DNA of 64,000 nucleotides from Parasitella parasitica NRRL 2501. Its lineage: Eukaryota; Fungi; Mucoromycota. Shown here piece after piece: positions 51,619 through 64,000 of this stretch. The stretch is taken from assembly GCA_025201805.1 (NCBI GenBank), contig MU619268.1, positions 65,472 through 129,471 of the forward strand, written 5' to 3'. The translations under genes were made by a program, and so were the position numbers. The notes below the pieces were generated by a model. It made no database searches, was not told the origin of the DNA, and saw only the letters and a program-made list of their open reading frames with translations. Numbering within the stretch: the first letter of the stretch is position 1; each line of letters begins with the position of its first letter.

Positions 51619-53790
51619 GGTTTCCCCACTAGAAAACTATCTGAAGCCGAGCAAATGATGATTGATCTTCCATCTGCCAAGAGACTAAAAAGCTACCTGA
51701 GAAATTATACATCTGAACCTCATTTAGCGGGGACAAAATCAGACAAAAGACAAGCAGAATGGACGCGTGAAAAGTTCAATGAGTTTGGCATCCCCAATGC
51801 AAAGATTGAGACATACTGGCCTTTATTGAATTATCCTATTTCACACCGCTTGGCAATTGTATCTGGGCCTGAGTATCTCCGCTACAATGCTTCATTGAAA
51901 GAGGATTCTGTTGAAGAGGATAAATCAACCGAGAATCCAGACATTGTCCCTTCATTTCATGGTAAGTGCAGGATTTGCATCATGCGGACATAATTTGAGT
52001 TGTTTTTATAGGTTTCTCAAAGAATGGCACTGCAAAAGGGCCTGTGATTTACGCAAATTATGGCCGTTTGGAGGATTTCCAGTTCCTAGTGGATCAAGGC
52101 GTTCAGGTAAACGGAACAATTGCCCTGGTGAGATACGGCGCCACTATGCGTGGCCTCAAGATACGAGCAGCAGAGCAATACGGATGCGTAGGCGTTTTGA
52201 TTTACTCCGACCCCATTGATGACGGACCTATTGACAAAGATTCGACATTGAATCCACCAGAATCGTATCCAGATGGTCCATGGAGATCTGCTTCGTCTGT
52301 GCAACGTGGGTCAGTCCAATACTTGCCTTTCTACCCTGGTGATCCACTTACACCAGGCTATGCCGCAACTGAAAACGCTACTCGAATTAGCATGAAAGAC
52401 TCTGTTGTCATGCCAAAGATCCCTTCTTTGCCATTATCTTGGAAAGACGCTCTGCCTCTATTGAAAGCGACAGAAGGTCGAGGTGTGTTTGGTGAATTCG
52501 ATTGGGCTGGTGGGTTGGAACAAGTTGATTACTTTAGTGGACCTAGTGAAGGCATGGTTGAACTGGAAAACATTGTGGATTACAAGGTTACGCCTGTTTG
52601 GAATGTTATTGGCCGTATTGAGGGTTCTGTTGAGCCTCACAGATCCATCATCTTGGGCAATCATCGAGATGCTTGGGTTTTTGGTGCTGTGGATCCGTCG
52701 TCTGGATCTGCTGCTCTTGTAAGTTGAATTGCGGGGAAGCATTAGTTATTAATACTAAGTACAATTGCAGTTGGAAATCGCCCGTGTACTTGGCCAAATG
52801 TTGCAAACAGGCTGGAGGCCAAAACGAACAATTATTCTTGCTTCCTGGGACGCTGAAGAATATGGCTTAATTGGCTCAACAGAATGGGTAGAAGATCATA
52901 AAGAATGGCTAGCAAAGGAAGCAGCTGTGTATATCAACTGTGATGTTGCTGTAGCTGGACCCAATTTCGAGCCAGGCGCTTCTCCATCTCTGAATCAAAT
53001 TTTGTATGAAGTGACAAGTATGGTAAAAGACCCTCTAACTGGAAAATCTGTTTATGAAGCATGGGGAGAAAGGAACAATGCGACTGGTATACCCTCAGTC
53101 AAACCACCGGTAGGTGTTCTTGGCTCCGGCTCCGACTTTACTGCGTTTTTGGACCATTTAGGTGTAGCTAGCATTGACATGACCTTTAATGGTGATTATG
53201 GAGTGTATCATAGTGTCTATGACACATTCCACTGGATGGAAAAGTATGGCGACCCAGACTTCCTTTACCACCAAACGATTGTCAAGATATGGGGTCTACT
53301 AGCTCTTCGTTTAGCCGATGATCTTATCCTCCCTATTCATCCTTTTGAATATGCCAATGAGCTACAAAAATATGTCCATCAACTACACATTCATTCGTCA
53401 CCGCATACTTTCCCTGCGCTCAAAAAATCAGTGAATGCTTTGATCAAGGTTGCTAATACATTCGAAACCAATCTTGTACAGATTCAAAAGAAGCTTAGAA
53501 AGTTTGGCGGTGATGAGAGCCAGAAAATGTCTGCCAAATGGGCCAAGAGAGTAGAGAAAATGAACGAGAGGCTGACTGCATTCGAACGAGGGTTTATAGA
53601 CCCTGAGGGCATGAAAGACAGAGAATGGTACAAACACACTGTGTATGCCCCTGGACTTTGGACTGGCTACGCGGGCCAGGTTTTCCCTGCCATTTCGGAA
53701 GCCTTTGACTCAAAAAATATGCATTTAGCCCGCCATGCTGAGGGCAGAGCCGTCAAATCCATGCAAAGAGCGCAAGAAGCCCTGCTTTAA
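51190..53790 (+). CDS. Glutamate carboxypeptidase II-like type II membrane M28 peptidase (Vps70/PSMA-like)
   Basis: Single TM, PH.AG, PA domain YANYG..EDF, VQRGSV, GDPLTPGY; metal ligands GNHRDAW, AVDPSSG, WDAEEYG, INCD, YHSVYD; TfR-dimer domain ER.FID.EG...REWYKH. Confidence 0.93.
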
Positions 53791-53846
53791 CATTGGGGTT
53801 TTATTATTATTGTATCTAAATTGTACCAACAAGACCTATTTTTATC

Positions 53847-56800
53847 TCACATGTGTGCAATTTCGTTTGCAAACTCGATCTGCTGTTTCAGCTGTTCCCG
53901 TAAATCCCACGATTCTGAAATGACGGTGAATCGAGTCAAGTCGTCATCTGTATTGCCATCTTGCCAATTTGATATAATGTCGATTGTCGTATAACAATAA
54001 AAGAATCCCTCTTGCTGATCCAATGACAAATCAGAATTTTGCCTCATATCTGGGGATCTCTTGTCTGATTCGAATTGAGACAGTTGCGATTGCATGGAAT
54101 CGTGCTTATTAAAATCGTCTAGATCGACAATGTTTTGATTTGAAGACGTCAACCCATAAAACAGCTCATTCAGATACATCGGTTGGTCGCCTTGCGAATC
54201 AAGAGACTTGCTATGCTGCTTCTGTTTTTTCTTGCTCAATCTGTCTGCTGCTTTAGACATGACAGGATTATCTGTGATAGATGCGGGCATTTCTGGCTTT
54301 TCTCGTAACGTGCTACTGGATAACATAGCTGGTTTCTTATATTGGTTGCGTGGCCTAGGCGACAGCTCTTGTGGATACAAAGACAATGCAGGCTTAGGCT
54401 TGGCAGTCTCCATGTTCATCATGGAGATTTGCTCATTTTGATATGAATCGCCCGTTAGCTTTTGCCCTGCGTGGCCAAGTGAATCGAATTTAGAGACAGC
54501 AGCGATATGGTTACTGGTCTCTGCGCCGCTCCCACTATCTGCATCCTGGGCTGTCGATTCTAAATTGAGTGGTGATACAGGCCTATTGTATTTTCCTTTT
54601 GAATTTGTCAATCTAGACCAGCTAAATGACATGGATCTTCCTCGGTTCAGCATTTTGCTCAATCCTATGCTTGATGTTAATTTATGGGAAAAAGCAGCTC
54701 GTCCAGACTCTATATCAAGTTCGGACGAAGCTGTGCTGCTTGAAGCTTTCGGTTTTGTATGTAAACGGCTTCTTTGTAAAGTTGCAATGTTGATAGATGA
54801 TGCTTTTCGTACCGGGATGTTTGGTGTTATTCGCTCCTCGACGCTTTTGGCATAGCGAAAACTACTTTTTCTACGAAAATACATACGTTGTTTTCTTGCC
54901 GCAGAAGACCCCTCTTGTTGGGATCTGTCTATATCCACAGAGTGCGTTGAACTAGTCCCAGGCTGTGCATATTGGGAGGATATTTTGGATAACGGTGGGA
55001 CACTTTGCAAATCGACATCTGGATGAAAGCTGATCGAGTCATTTCTACCAGGAAATTTTGGCAAATCCGCATCTGAGCCGTCTGTGAAATCTCGGAACAT
55101 GCGGCTGGGACCATCTTGTCTAGCACCACTTTCTTCTAATAAACCGTTGTCGCTGTATTCGTCATCAGAATCTTTATGAATTTCGACCTTTTTCACTCTG
55201 AATATGTTGACGAGCATCCAATGTATCATTTTTGCAGCTCTAGGATTCCTGTAAGGCACAAGAGTTTCAACTAGCTCTGTGTGCTTCAAGTATCTGTGCT
55301 GGTGATTGTACGAATTCTTTTTGTCCATCGTCACATCCAAGTCAGCTGCATTGTCGGCACGATGCATAGGAATCGTTTTTGATTTCTTGCTTCTGCCGTA
55401 TCTAAAGCGATGATTTGTAGCAATAAGATTTTCTGCATTTTCCTCATTTGGTATATAGGTATTCCCATTGACTGATGTAGCATTCAAGACGCTATAACAC
55501 TTTTCAGCCCGAGACGAGTCGTATTCTGATTTAGAATGCACCGTTTCGATTGTAATTGTAGGCAGTTCAGGCTTGTATAAAAGAAACTTTGATTGGAATT
55601 GCGTGGGGTCAATAGTATTATGCTCAAGCGGGTCTAGCAATGATCGCTCAATAACCTTTGTGCTGTTTTCCTCTCTTACTTCAAAGTCATGGCTGAAATA
55701 TCTGTTTCTTACGTCTTGAACGTACTCCGGGGTTCGATCTATAACATCAGATACAGGGACAATTTTGAGTCTTTTAGGGTATAGAGATTCAGTTTGCACA
55801 TCCGGATCGATTCCAGGCTTGAAGTTTATACTGTAATAATCATGTACGTATCTCTGTTTGATTTTATCCATCAATTCTTTAACTACTGCCCTAATTGCAG
55901 GATCAGTAAAGTAGATGCAACTTATCATAAAACCTGAATTCGAGCTTGTTTAGATATGTAAACTCCCCCGCCCTCCCCTCCCCTCCCCCCCATTTATAAA
56001 GTTACATTTGATATTTACCTAATAAGCAGGAAAAAGCACGATCAAGCGCATAAACTATAAACGGAACTTGAGCTGATTGAGTTGCTGCTATCTCAATTCC
56101 AATTCCCCAAGACTTGGATATCAGTGGAACTAGTTCATTGCAAAGAGAAAGGAAAAAAAAAATGATCATAAAATTAGAGAAATCTACGCTTTACTATATA
56201 TGTCTACTCTATAGATTGTACAATACCCAAGGGATAACAGAGGCATCTTCGAGCAATTTTCTGAAAAACATCCGTGTTGTTGACTGAATATTTTCTTATG
56301 ATTGCCATTGTATGTAAATCCTTCTGATTTCTCCTAGTAAACATATCTAGTGCTCCATTAAAGTTCTCTTGCTTTTTCACAACGAATCTAATCGAAATTG
56401 CAGCACACAGAGCCGCAAACACCGATGAGAACATGAGCCAAGAATAATACCACATCTAAGCTCACAGAATTAGAACATGGATATAACATAAAATTACGTA
56501 TAGTACCCAATTAAATATATTGTTGATTCTACCGCTGAAATAATAATGATACCTGTCAATATAGAGTTGAGAATCCGAGAGAAATAACAGCATATATACG
56601 AATTTTTACCAGCATGAAGCTACTTCTCGTTTGTTCTTCGGCCCTTTTGGGGTGCCAACATACGATGGAATAACAGCTACCAAAATACCAGACAATACAA
56701 CAACCAAATAGTATAACAGTTCAATTTTGATAGATCTCGATACTTTGAGAACAAATATCATGACTAGGTTCAACCCAACCATAGCCAAGCACATACAAGT

Positions 56801-57112
56801 CATTGTATCTGTGCATATTAGTAAATACGCGATTACTCGACACGAAAACGATTGACTTGAAATATCATCCGTCACCAGTTGGCAAGCACAATATATCATA
56901 TTGAAGATTACAGCAATCGCGATCATACGTAAAGACAACCGATTGACCACGATAGGACGATACCAAGTCATAAATGTATGTAGTATCAGCACACAGCTAT
57001 TCGAAATGAATGAAATGGCTGCCGATACTTCTCCAGCTACTATTAATCCAAGCCATTGAGAGGCGCTAAAATTCCATTGATTTTCTGCCATTGACCCAAT
57101 AGTGAAAGACAT
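53847..57112 (-). CDS. GPCR-like 7TM protein (Git3/cAMP-receptor-like) with very long cytoplasmic tail
   Basis: Hydrophobic helices with VNRLSLRMI, C.VIAY, GLNL..IFV, CWY, MWYYSWL, RRCLCYPL, GF..SCIYFTDPA; about 680 aa Ser-rich tail in one exon. Confidence 0.72.
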
Positions 57113-57402
57113 TTTTTTTTTTTTTTTTTGTCCCGGAATAATAAGTAAAATTTGACGCTTTATTGTAATAATGGCTGATCTGGCATGTCATTGTATGTTG
57201 TCCGAGTATAGAAATGAATGCGTCAAAATTAGCTAGCATCATAACTCAGAATTGCGACAATTATTGTTGGCTTAGTTCAAACCAAGGGTTTATCAGCCTA
57301 TTACCGCTTACACCTCTTTTTAAACAACCACTTTTTTTAAACTCTCTGTTATCATCATTATACATACATATCAATTAGAAGGTGCAGTGCTTCCAACAAG
57401 CA

Positions 57403-58065
57403 ATGTCGTACGAGGTCAGAAATGATGTTACGGGATATTCAATTCTTTACATTTTTACTGCGAGTGCCATATTTTTATTTGAAGATGGGCATGGAAATGT
57501 CGTTGATGAGAATAGTGGTTCTAAGCCTATGCAATATATTGGTGATCAGGATGGATTTGTTGTCGAGGCGAGTGCGACTCGTAGTGAATACTTGAGAAAT
57601 GCAGCCTCCAATGAGTCTTCCTCTGATGTCCCAATATCGCAATATTGCCCAGGATAAGCTTCGATTTTTTTGATTCAAAGATGGAAAAGTGTATGAGCGC
57701 TTCAGCTGCTCTACTGAGATGGGTTGAGCAATGTAATTTGCATCCTGATATTATTTTTGAGACTTATAAACAAGTTGGTCGTAAATGTATCTAGAGCAAA
57801 GAACATTAAATGGCTGTTGTCAACTTTATTGATGCTAATCCCTCTGCTGCTGCTGCTGTTGAATTGACCAAGCATTTGGTGAAGCGATTCCAAGATCTCA
57901 CAGTTTCACGTAGCATTGAAAAAGTTGGAATGGTAGAAATCACAATAATTAATCCTGGGGTGATGCATTTTTTGAATTATTCTTGGTTAATCTTGATCTT
58001 ATAATTGTTAATAGCTATCATATAGCATAAGTCGACCATCAACAAACATATCAAAGAAAATTTAA
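57403..58065 (+). mobile_element. Fragmented Tc1/mariner transposase relic
   Basis: FLFEDGHGNVVDEN, NFIDANPSA...ELTKHLVKRFQDLTVSRS and KSTINKHIKEN match the same segments of the element at 8.8-9.9 kb; stops and frameshifts; no TIR pair found. Confidence 0.7.
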
Positions 58066-58757
58066 ATGGTCGTTGTCCTGCTCGGTAAGTACGAACACCT
58101 CTCCTTTGCTGGTAGGCAAATGATTCTCCATGTCTTGAACGGAATCAGCTTGTACAACACCCCGCCCCCCCCCCAAGAGGTCTTTGGTTCCTTCTTTTAC
58201 AGAAACTTCTTCAGTGGACTATGTATTTTCTGAAGTTAAATGTTTCTACAGAACCAACATAATTCAAGCAATCAGTTTTATATGATGGTACCGTAAAATA
58301 ACAGGTGCCCCATCCAAGATAACGCCATGCATCATGAAGTTAGCGACTGTTGAGAGAGTAACAGATCTATCCCTGAAGCAAAAGCCGGGAGTATTCCAAT
58401 TGTATTTATTGCGATAAAAAAAGTTTTTGTACGTATATCCTTTGTACAACGCTCATTGATAGCTACAACTACGTTTGTACCTACACAGGTACTTGCGGGA
58501 GGTATGATTTGCAGTTATTTTTTTTTTTTAGTAAATCCAAAAAGAAAATCAGCAACAAACACTCATCCTTTATAGAACCTCCACTTGCTAACTATTAGGA
58601 ATAATAATGTCCCCGGATACGATGTTTATTGCTGTACAGATGAAGAATAATAAAATATAATATGTAAAACCACGTATTTTGTTAAAAGAAAGAAATACAA
58701 ACGTTATAAGATCAAACTTTGGGGTCCTTTTTTAATAAACAAAATCATCTAGTTATA

Positions 58758-59649
58758 TTATTGCTTCCTTGCCGCTGGCCCTGCAGTTCGCTTTTTCGTC
58801 ACTGGCGATTTCACATCACTTGCTGTACTGTTTCTTTTACCTAATGCCCAAAATTTTAGTACCCTCCACCGCTCTTAATTAGCAAGCAAACATACGTGAA
58901 ACTGGGCTTTGTGCAGGAAACTGATTAGGGTATGCTGGTTGTTGTGGAGGTTGTGGTTGCGATTGGGCATGTAATTGTTGCTGTTGTATGTGTTGTTGGG
59001 CCTGCTGCTGCTGCTGCTGTAGTTGTAGTTGTTGCTGGTATGCCATCTGATGTCCTGGAGTGAGTGGACCTTGTTGCTGCTGTAATTGCATTTGCTGTTG
59101 ACGCTGCTGCTGCTGATGGAATTGGAATGCAGCTTGCTGTTGTTGCTGTCTTAAAGCAGCTTGTTGCTGCAATGGTGTGAATGGTTGGTGCGGACGACCA
59201 GTCTGTGTTTTTACAATCGGGGAATTAGAAGCAGCGGCAGCAGCAGCGGCAGCAGCAGTAGTAGAGGCAACAGTGGCCATTCCACTGACAATTGGAGTGT
59301 CTATTGGATGAGGTTTCATATCTGTCCTTACAAATATGAATAATCTGAACCTTGCTACTAATCGCCAGCTATTGAGACAAACCTTCACTATCATTTTTCA
59401 TCATCAATCGAGGCTGTTTATCGAAAGCAACAGCTCCCAGACTCTCTATCAAATTGAAGCATACACAATGAATTACATTCTTCTTTTATAAGATTTCCCA
59501 TCTACCTCTTGCTGAAGAGCCCGACACTATAGAGTGGAATACAACCTCACTAGTTCTAAGCGCTATATCCGCAATCTGAACAAAAATTCCATTGCCATAT
59601 ATAAAAAAGGGAGGAAGTAGCTATATATATCAGACATTTAGGTGGCAAG

Positions 59650-59680
<31 letters not shown>

Positions 59681-60759
59681 GAGATCAGCAAGGATTTGGC
59701 AGCCTTACGCCTTACCTGTAAAATGTGATAAACGCGAGGAGGTAATCCCCAATTGTTAATTGGAGATTCGGGTATGACCGATTGATGTGGTGGTATCTTT
59801 TTCTTTGAGCTTGGAACTGGTTCAGTTTTTATAGTTGTTCTCGTCACATATTCTTCATGACCTTGACATGAAAAGTCCATATGGCCAATCTTCCATTCTC
59901 CGTTGGCTGTCATTACAAACTGGACCCACAAAGGTCCCGTTGAAATTACCTTTCTTGGAGATTAGTTGCCAGTTTGTTATGAATCCCTTTCCCTTTCGCA
60001 TGACTTACCAAGGTACCATTTTTGTAACGGTTGATAAAGCTGGCTCTAGGGCATTGCACATACATAATGCCTCCAGGTAGTATATATTCCATGGTTTTGT
60101 CCAAGGTCATTTGAATCGAGACCACTCCGCACAAATACTGAGTGTGAAAGAATCTGGCCAGTAACGCCTGGTTCACTTCTATTTGTTTCAAAAAGGCTCA
60201 TCAGAAAAGGAAAGAGAGAAAATAAGAAAAACTACAACAAACCATGGTTCTTTTGCTCGTTATCGACAACATTTGTCAATCCCAACTTGAGTGTGCCTTG
60301 CATGGTAAAAAAGCTTTGGACAAAATTGTCCCAGAATAAACGATCTACAGCCTATAAAAGTAGCTATGTTTAGACATTCTGCTTCCGCCAACATAAACAA
60401 AACCCAACTACCTCTTCTTGACCTGGACTCAATTGCTCTGCAAATTGCAATAGACGGAGTACCGCTTGTCCGCTTGTTTGGCTAATCGAAGAAATGTTAA
60501 CGACGAGTGTGATTACATCATATATATATGTATATATATGGTGTACCTTTGTTGAGCATCCACCGCCGAATTCATTTTACTCATCGCTGGAGCAGGAGAC
60601 CCTTGAGAAACCATCACAGGTGTAGATGGTGGCAGTGCACTGATGCGCGGCGTCGATTGCTGCTGCTGCATTTGAGGTGTTCTCTGAGGTGTGTTTGGCC
60701 GTTGTTGAGGAGTGTTTTGCTGTGGCAACTGTTGCTGCTGCTGCTGCTGCTGCTGCTGT

Positions 60760-60794
<35 letters not shown>

Positions 60795-61208
60795 ATGTAA
60801 TAATTGTTGCTGATGGTGGTGTTGTTGCTGCTGCAGCAATAAATGCTGTTGCTGTGCCATTTTTTGCTGTTTCTGCTGCTGCTGCTGCTGCTGCTGCAAT
60901 AATTGAGGTTGTTGCTGAAACAGTTGCTGCTGTTGTTGCGCTTGTTGCGCTTGTTGCGCTTGTTGCATTTGTTGCACTTGTTGCATTTGTTGCATTTGTT
61001 GCATTTGTTGCATTTGTTGCATTTGCTGCATTTGCTGCTGCTGTTGCTTTTGGGCCATTAATTGCTTTTGTCTAAATATGTTTTGAGCTTGTAATTGCTG
61101 CTGCTGTAATTGTGCCTGTGCAAATGCTTGTGCAGGACTAGCTGGTACTTGGTTGTGCAAACCCGAAGGCTGCGGTGTACCAGCAGTGGAAGGGAGTGCG
61201 GTTGACAT
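58758..61208 (-). CDS. LIM-domain-binding (LDB) family transcription cofactor, Mfg1/PtaB/Adn1-like, with polyQ
   Basis: AVLRLLQFAEQL, FWDNFVQSFF, LARFFHTQY..GV.SIQ, ASFINRY.NG, IPESPINNWGLPP; extensive Gln-rich N- and C-terminal regions. Confidence 0.82.
60725..61045 (-). repeat. PolyQ and (QQM)/(QQA) 9-bp coding repeats
   Basis: TGTTGCATT and TGTTGCGCT tandem units, CAG/CAA runs. Confidence 0.9.
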
Positions 61209-62602
61209 GAATCCTTTTTGTTGTGTATTTCTTGCTTATCGGTAGATAATAAGGATAAAAAAAAATTACACTCTGGTGAGGTTTTACCAAGAAGAAATGA
61301 GGAAAAAAGGGGATAAAAGAGAAAAAGAGAGAATAAAGTTTTATTTTTTTTGTATCGGCTACTCTAATCGCCCTCCCTTTCAAATCTCCTCCCTTTTTTA
61401 ATCCTCTAATCCCAATTTTCCATGTCTGCAACAAAACCAATCAATTCGGCGAGTTCGATGACATAAGCTTTCACAGATAGTCTGATCTCATTATCATTGC
61501 TTGAATGAACACTTTTGAAAAGAGCTCATCAGCACGAGATTTGGGTAGGATACAAAAAAACTAAATTAACTTTAAAACCGGGAGACTTCTTTTAGTTGAT
61601 TTAATGTTTTTTCAGTCTCACCATGGTAGTATAAAGACATTATAATAATCACAAATGGTGGATCAAAATTTCCTTGGTGCAGTTGCTCATTGTCCGGAAA
61701 TGTCAAAAAGAATGAAAAAGGATCATCTCCCTAGCTGCCATTTTCATTTCAAATGTGATTTGAAACCTTGGCAAGTTATGGCTCGTTTGTTCCTGAAGGA
61801 GAATGAAATTACTCGGATGGTGGCAGCAGAGAAATGGCCATCTCTACATTAATACATCCAAACGTTGCCATCAAGACTAAATTTGCTTGAAGCAAAACTG
61901 ATAATTTAGTAAATTACAAGCAGATCAGGCTTTGAATTGAAAAAGCACAATTTATTCCCTCTATCTACTAGAGTGCTATACGTTCTTAAAAATTCATTTG
62001 TATATAAAGCAACATCCGCCGGTTCTCATCAAAGACAGCGGACGCATTTACCAGGCTTAACAATAGCCTTTTTTTTTGTGCATAAAAATTGTGATCCAAC
62101 GATGGCTAGAGTTTGAATTCCGGTGTAGGGCAATAAAAAAGAGATGCGTCCAACCTCAAGCTTTTTACGTATTGGTGCCATACATATCAAAGAACTACTG
62201 TCTGCATATTAGATATGGACCATTGTTGCGGATTATAGATTTGATTTATCATGACATTATGTCGCAATATACGCATTTGAAATGAGAATGAGGTCTATTC
62301 GATGAGGCCTTTCAAAATTTAGGGACAACAAATAACTTTTTTATTATAAATGTTGATCACCGAATCTCATAGTGCATTCTGTGTACATGAACGCACAACT
62401 CCTTAAAATGTAATATACATACTAAACAAGCTTTTTTCTTTGTTTTTTATGAGGATTTTCATTATTAAAATTCTGCCATGTCAATGATACAGTTTATTTT
62501 TTCAAAGGAANNNNNNNNNNNNNNNNNNNNNNNNNNNNNNNNNNNNNNNNNNNNNAAAAAAAAGGGACACGAGAAGAAAATCTGCTTCAAAAATAAAAGT
62601 GC

Positions 62603-63290
62603 TCATTTGTTGCCCAACCAGCTCGTTGTAGCAAAAGAGCCTGTCATTTCAGATGTATTTTGTGGTAGGTCGTAATCATTCGAAGATGATGAACTCAAAC
62701 CCAATGTAGATCTCTTTCTTCTCACAACGTATTCCAACGCTGGTGCTTGCATTGACTGGGATCGCCTTACGGTTCCAGCGCTTTGTGACGCTCTGAGAGG
62801 GATGGCGACTTTGTTAGAGCCGTTTCCATTGCTACTTGCAATACTATTGACATGTAGATTATTGTTGCTAGGTGACGAAGAAAAGCTGATGACTGGTACA
62901 ATAGCTGTGCTTGTGGACCGGCGTTTAGACTTTTCATTGCCAATAGCAACGGCAGGTGATCGAGTAGGAAAGCTAGATGGTGGCCCATATCGATCAATGT
63001 CGCTTTTCTGTCGATTTATAGCTATCTTTTTGGGAGGCCTATCTGCTGTGGTGTTTGAGTTGAATGAAGAAGGTATTGTTTTAGCCTTGGACAGGGGGTG
63101 TGTGGATTTGGAATGTATGCTAACATCGCTTGTATTAGATGACATGAATCGTGCATGTAAGGAACCTTGTGATGCCATTGGCTGCACTGTTTTCTTTTCT
63201 TTGGCAGTAGATGTGGGCGAGCGCTGAAATACGTTGGACAGCCAAGTTAGGGCGCTTGATGCCTTGCTTTGGTCTTTGTGTACGAGTTGC

Positions 63291-63322
<32 letters not shown>

Positions 63323-64000
63323 TTGTTGCTCTTTCTGTTTTCTCAGTACTTCTTCTTCCAAGCGAATATCGCTTTCTTCCACCTTTTTAACGTATTCTAC
63401 CTGGAGGTCATTCATCGTTGTTCTAAGCTGACCAATCTCCTTTAGCATTTCCTGCACCAACCCTACGATTGGGAAAAACTCCAACATGGATACGTCATGA
63501 ATCCATCTCTCTTGCTTTACTAGAGATGTGTCTTCGACCCATGAAAACCTTGTCCTAAAGTTGTCTGCGTCTGTCACGATGTTCTCGATGATGGAGTTGC
63601 TCATGCTGCTCAGTTCCAGAATGTCAAATGCACGCCTTAGCCGTCTGTTTAATGCTCTGATGTCGGTCTGCTGTAGTCTCTGCAACACATTTGATAATTG
63701 ACTGTAGAGCTGCCTGAACGGTGAGCTTGTGTCGATTCTGGAGACGGATGATGAGGAGACGGTTGTTTTAGTGTTCTATGCCATGTTAGTAGATGTCACA
63801 CTGGAAGGCAATTTATGCATACCTGATCAGACTTTGGTCGTACTGAGGTTTTGTTTTTACCTTTTTCAACCAATAGCTTATTTCGCATATAATAGTGGTA
63901 GTGGTGGTGCACGATTGGACCTGATGACGATTCTGGTGTGCCATCTTGTGCTACGACTGTACCTGTTTCATCTTTTTGTTGGTTCCGTGATATCCTCGGC
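62603..64000 (-). CDS. Hypothetical coiled-coil / Ser-rich protein (5' end outside window)
   Basis: 361-aa ORF extends upstream through an intron ~63777-63822 into an open exon reaching the window edge. Confidence 0.75.

Noticed and set aside
1-64000. CRISPR arrays, tRNA/rRNA genes, mating-type locus, secondary-metabolite cluster
   Set aside because: No repeat-spacer arrays, cloverleafs, rRNA motifs, HMG sex genes or PKS/NRPS domains were seen by eye

Overview
This window is eukaryotic, AT-rich, intron-dense fungal genomic DNA with short GT-AG introns and long poly(dA:dT) tracts next to N gaps. Gene content and transposon remnants look like Mucorales (Mucoromycota); that assignment is inference. 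About 20 spliced genes are recognisable: PDX1/SNZ (3' part), MDM34, a rhodanese-PTP phosphatase, an NmrA-like protein, an ElaA-like GNAT, uS8m, SmB, FKS glucan synthase, PRMT3, POL12, LAMTOR1/Ego1, an NIF phosphatase, an EDC3-like gene, VPS18, RRP46, a RasGAP, a mitochondrial carrier, a ZCCHC8-like gene, an M28 glutamate carboxypeptidase, a GPCR-like 7TM gene, an LDB/Mfg1-like regulator and a partial hypothetical gene. Accessory material includes two decayed Tc1/mariner elements, an intron-containing thioredoxin pseudogene and other decayed ORFs. I found no clearly complete novel multi-gene system. The best leads are: (1) a very GC-rich cluster of nested and alternative hairpins upstream of the NmrA-like gene; (2) a ZCCHC8-like protein with a degenerate N-terminal La-motif-like domain; (3) an Edc3-like protein lacking the FDF motif but carrying repeated DPAI motifs; (4) a PTP with a WMD instead of WPD loop; (5) convergent gene pairs whose stop codons are only 34-56 bp apart. 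All family calls come from motif recognition by eye, with no database searches.
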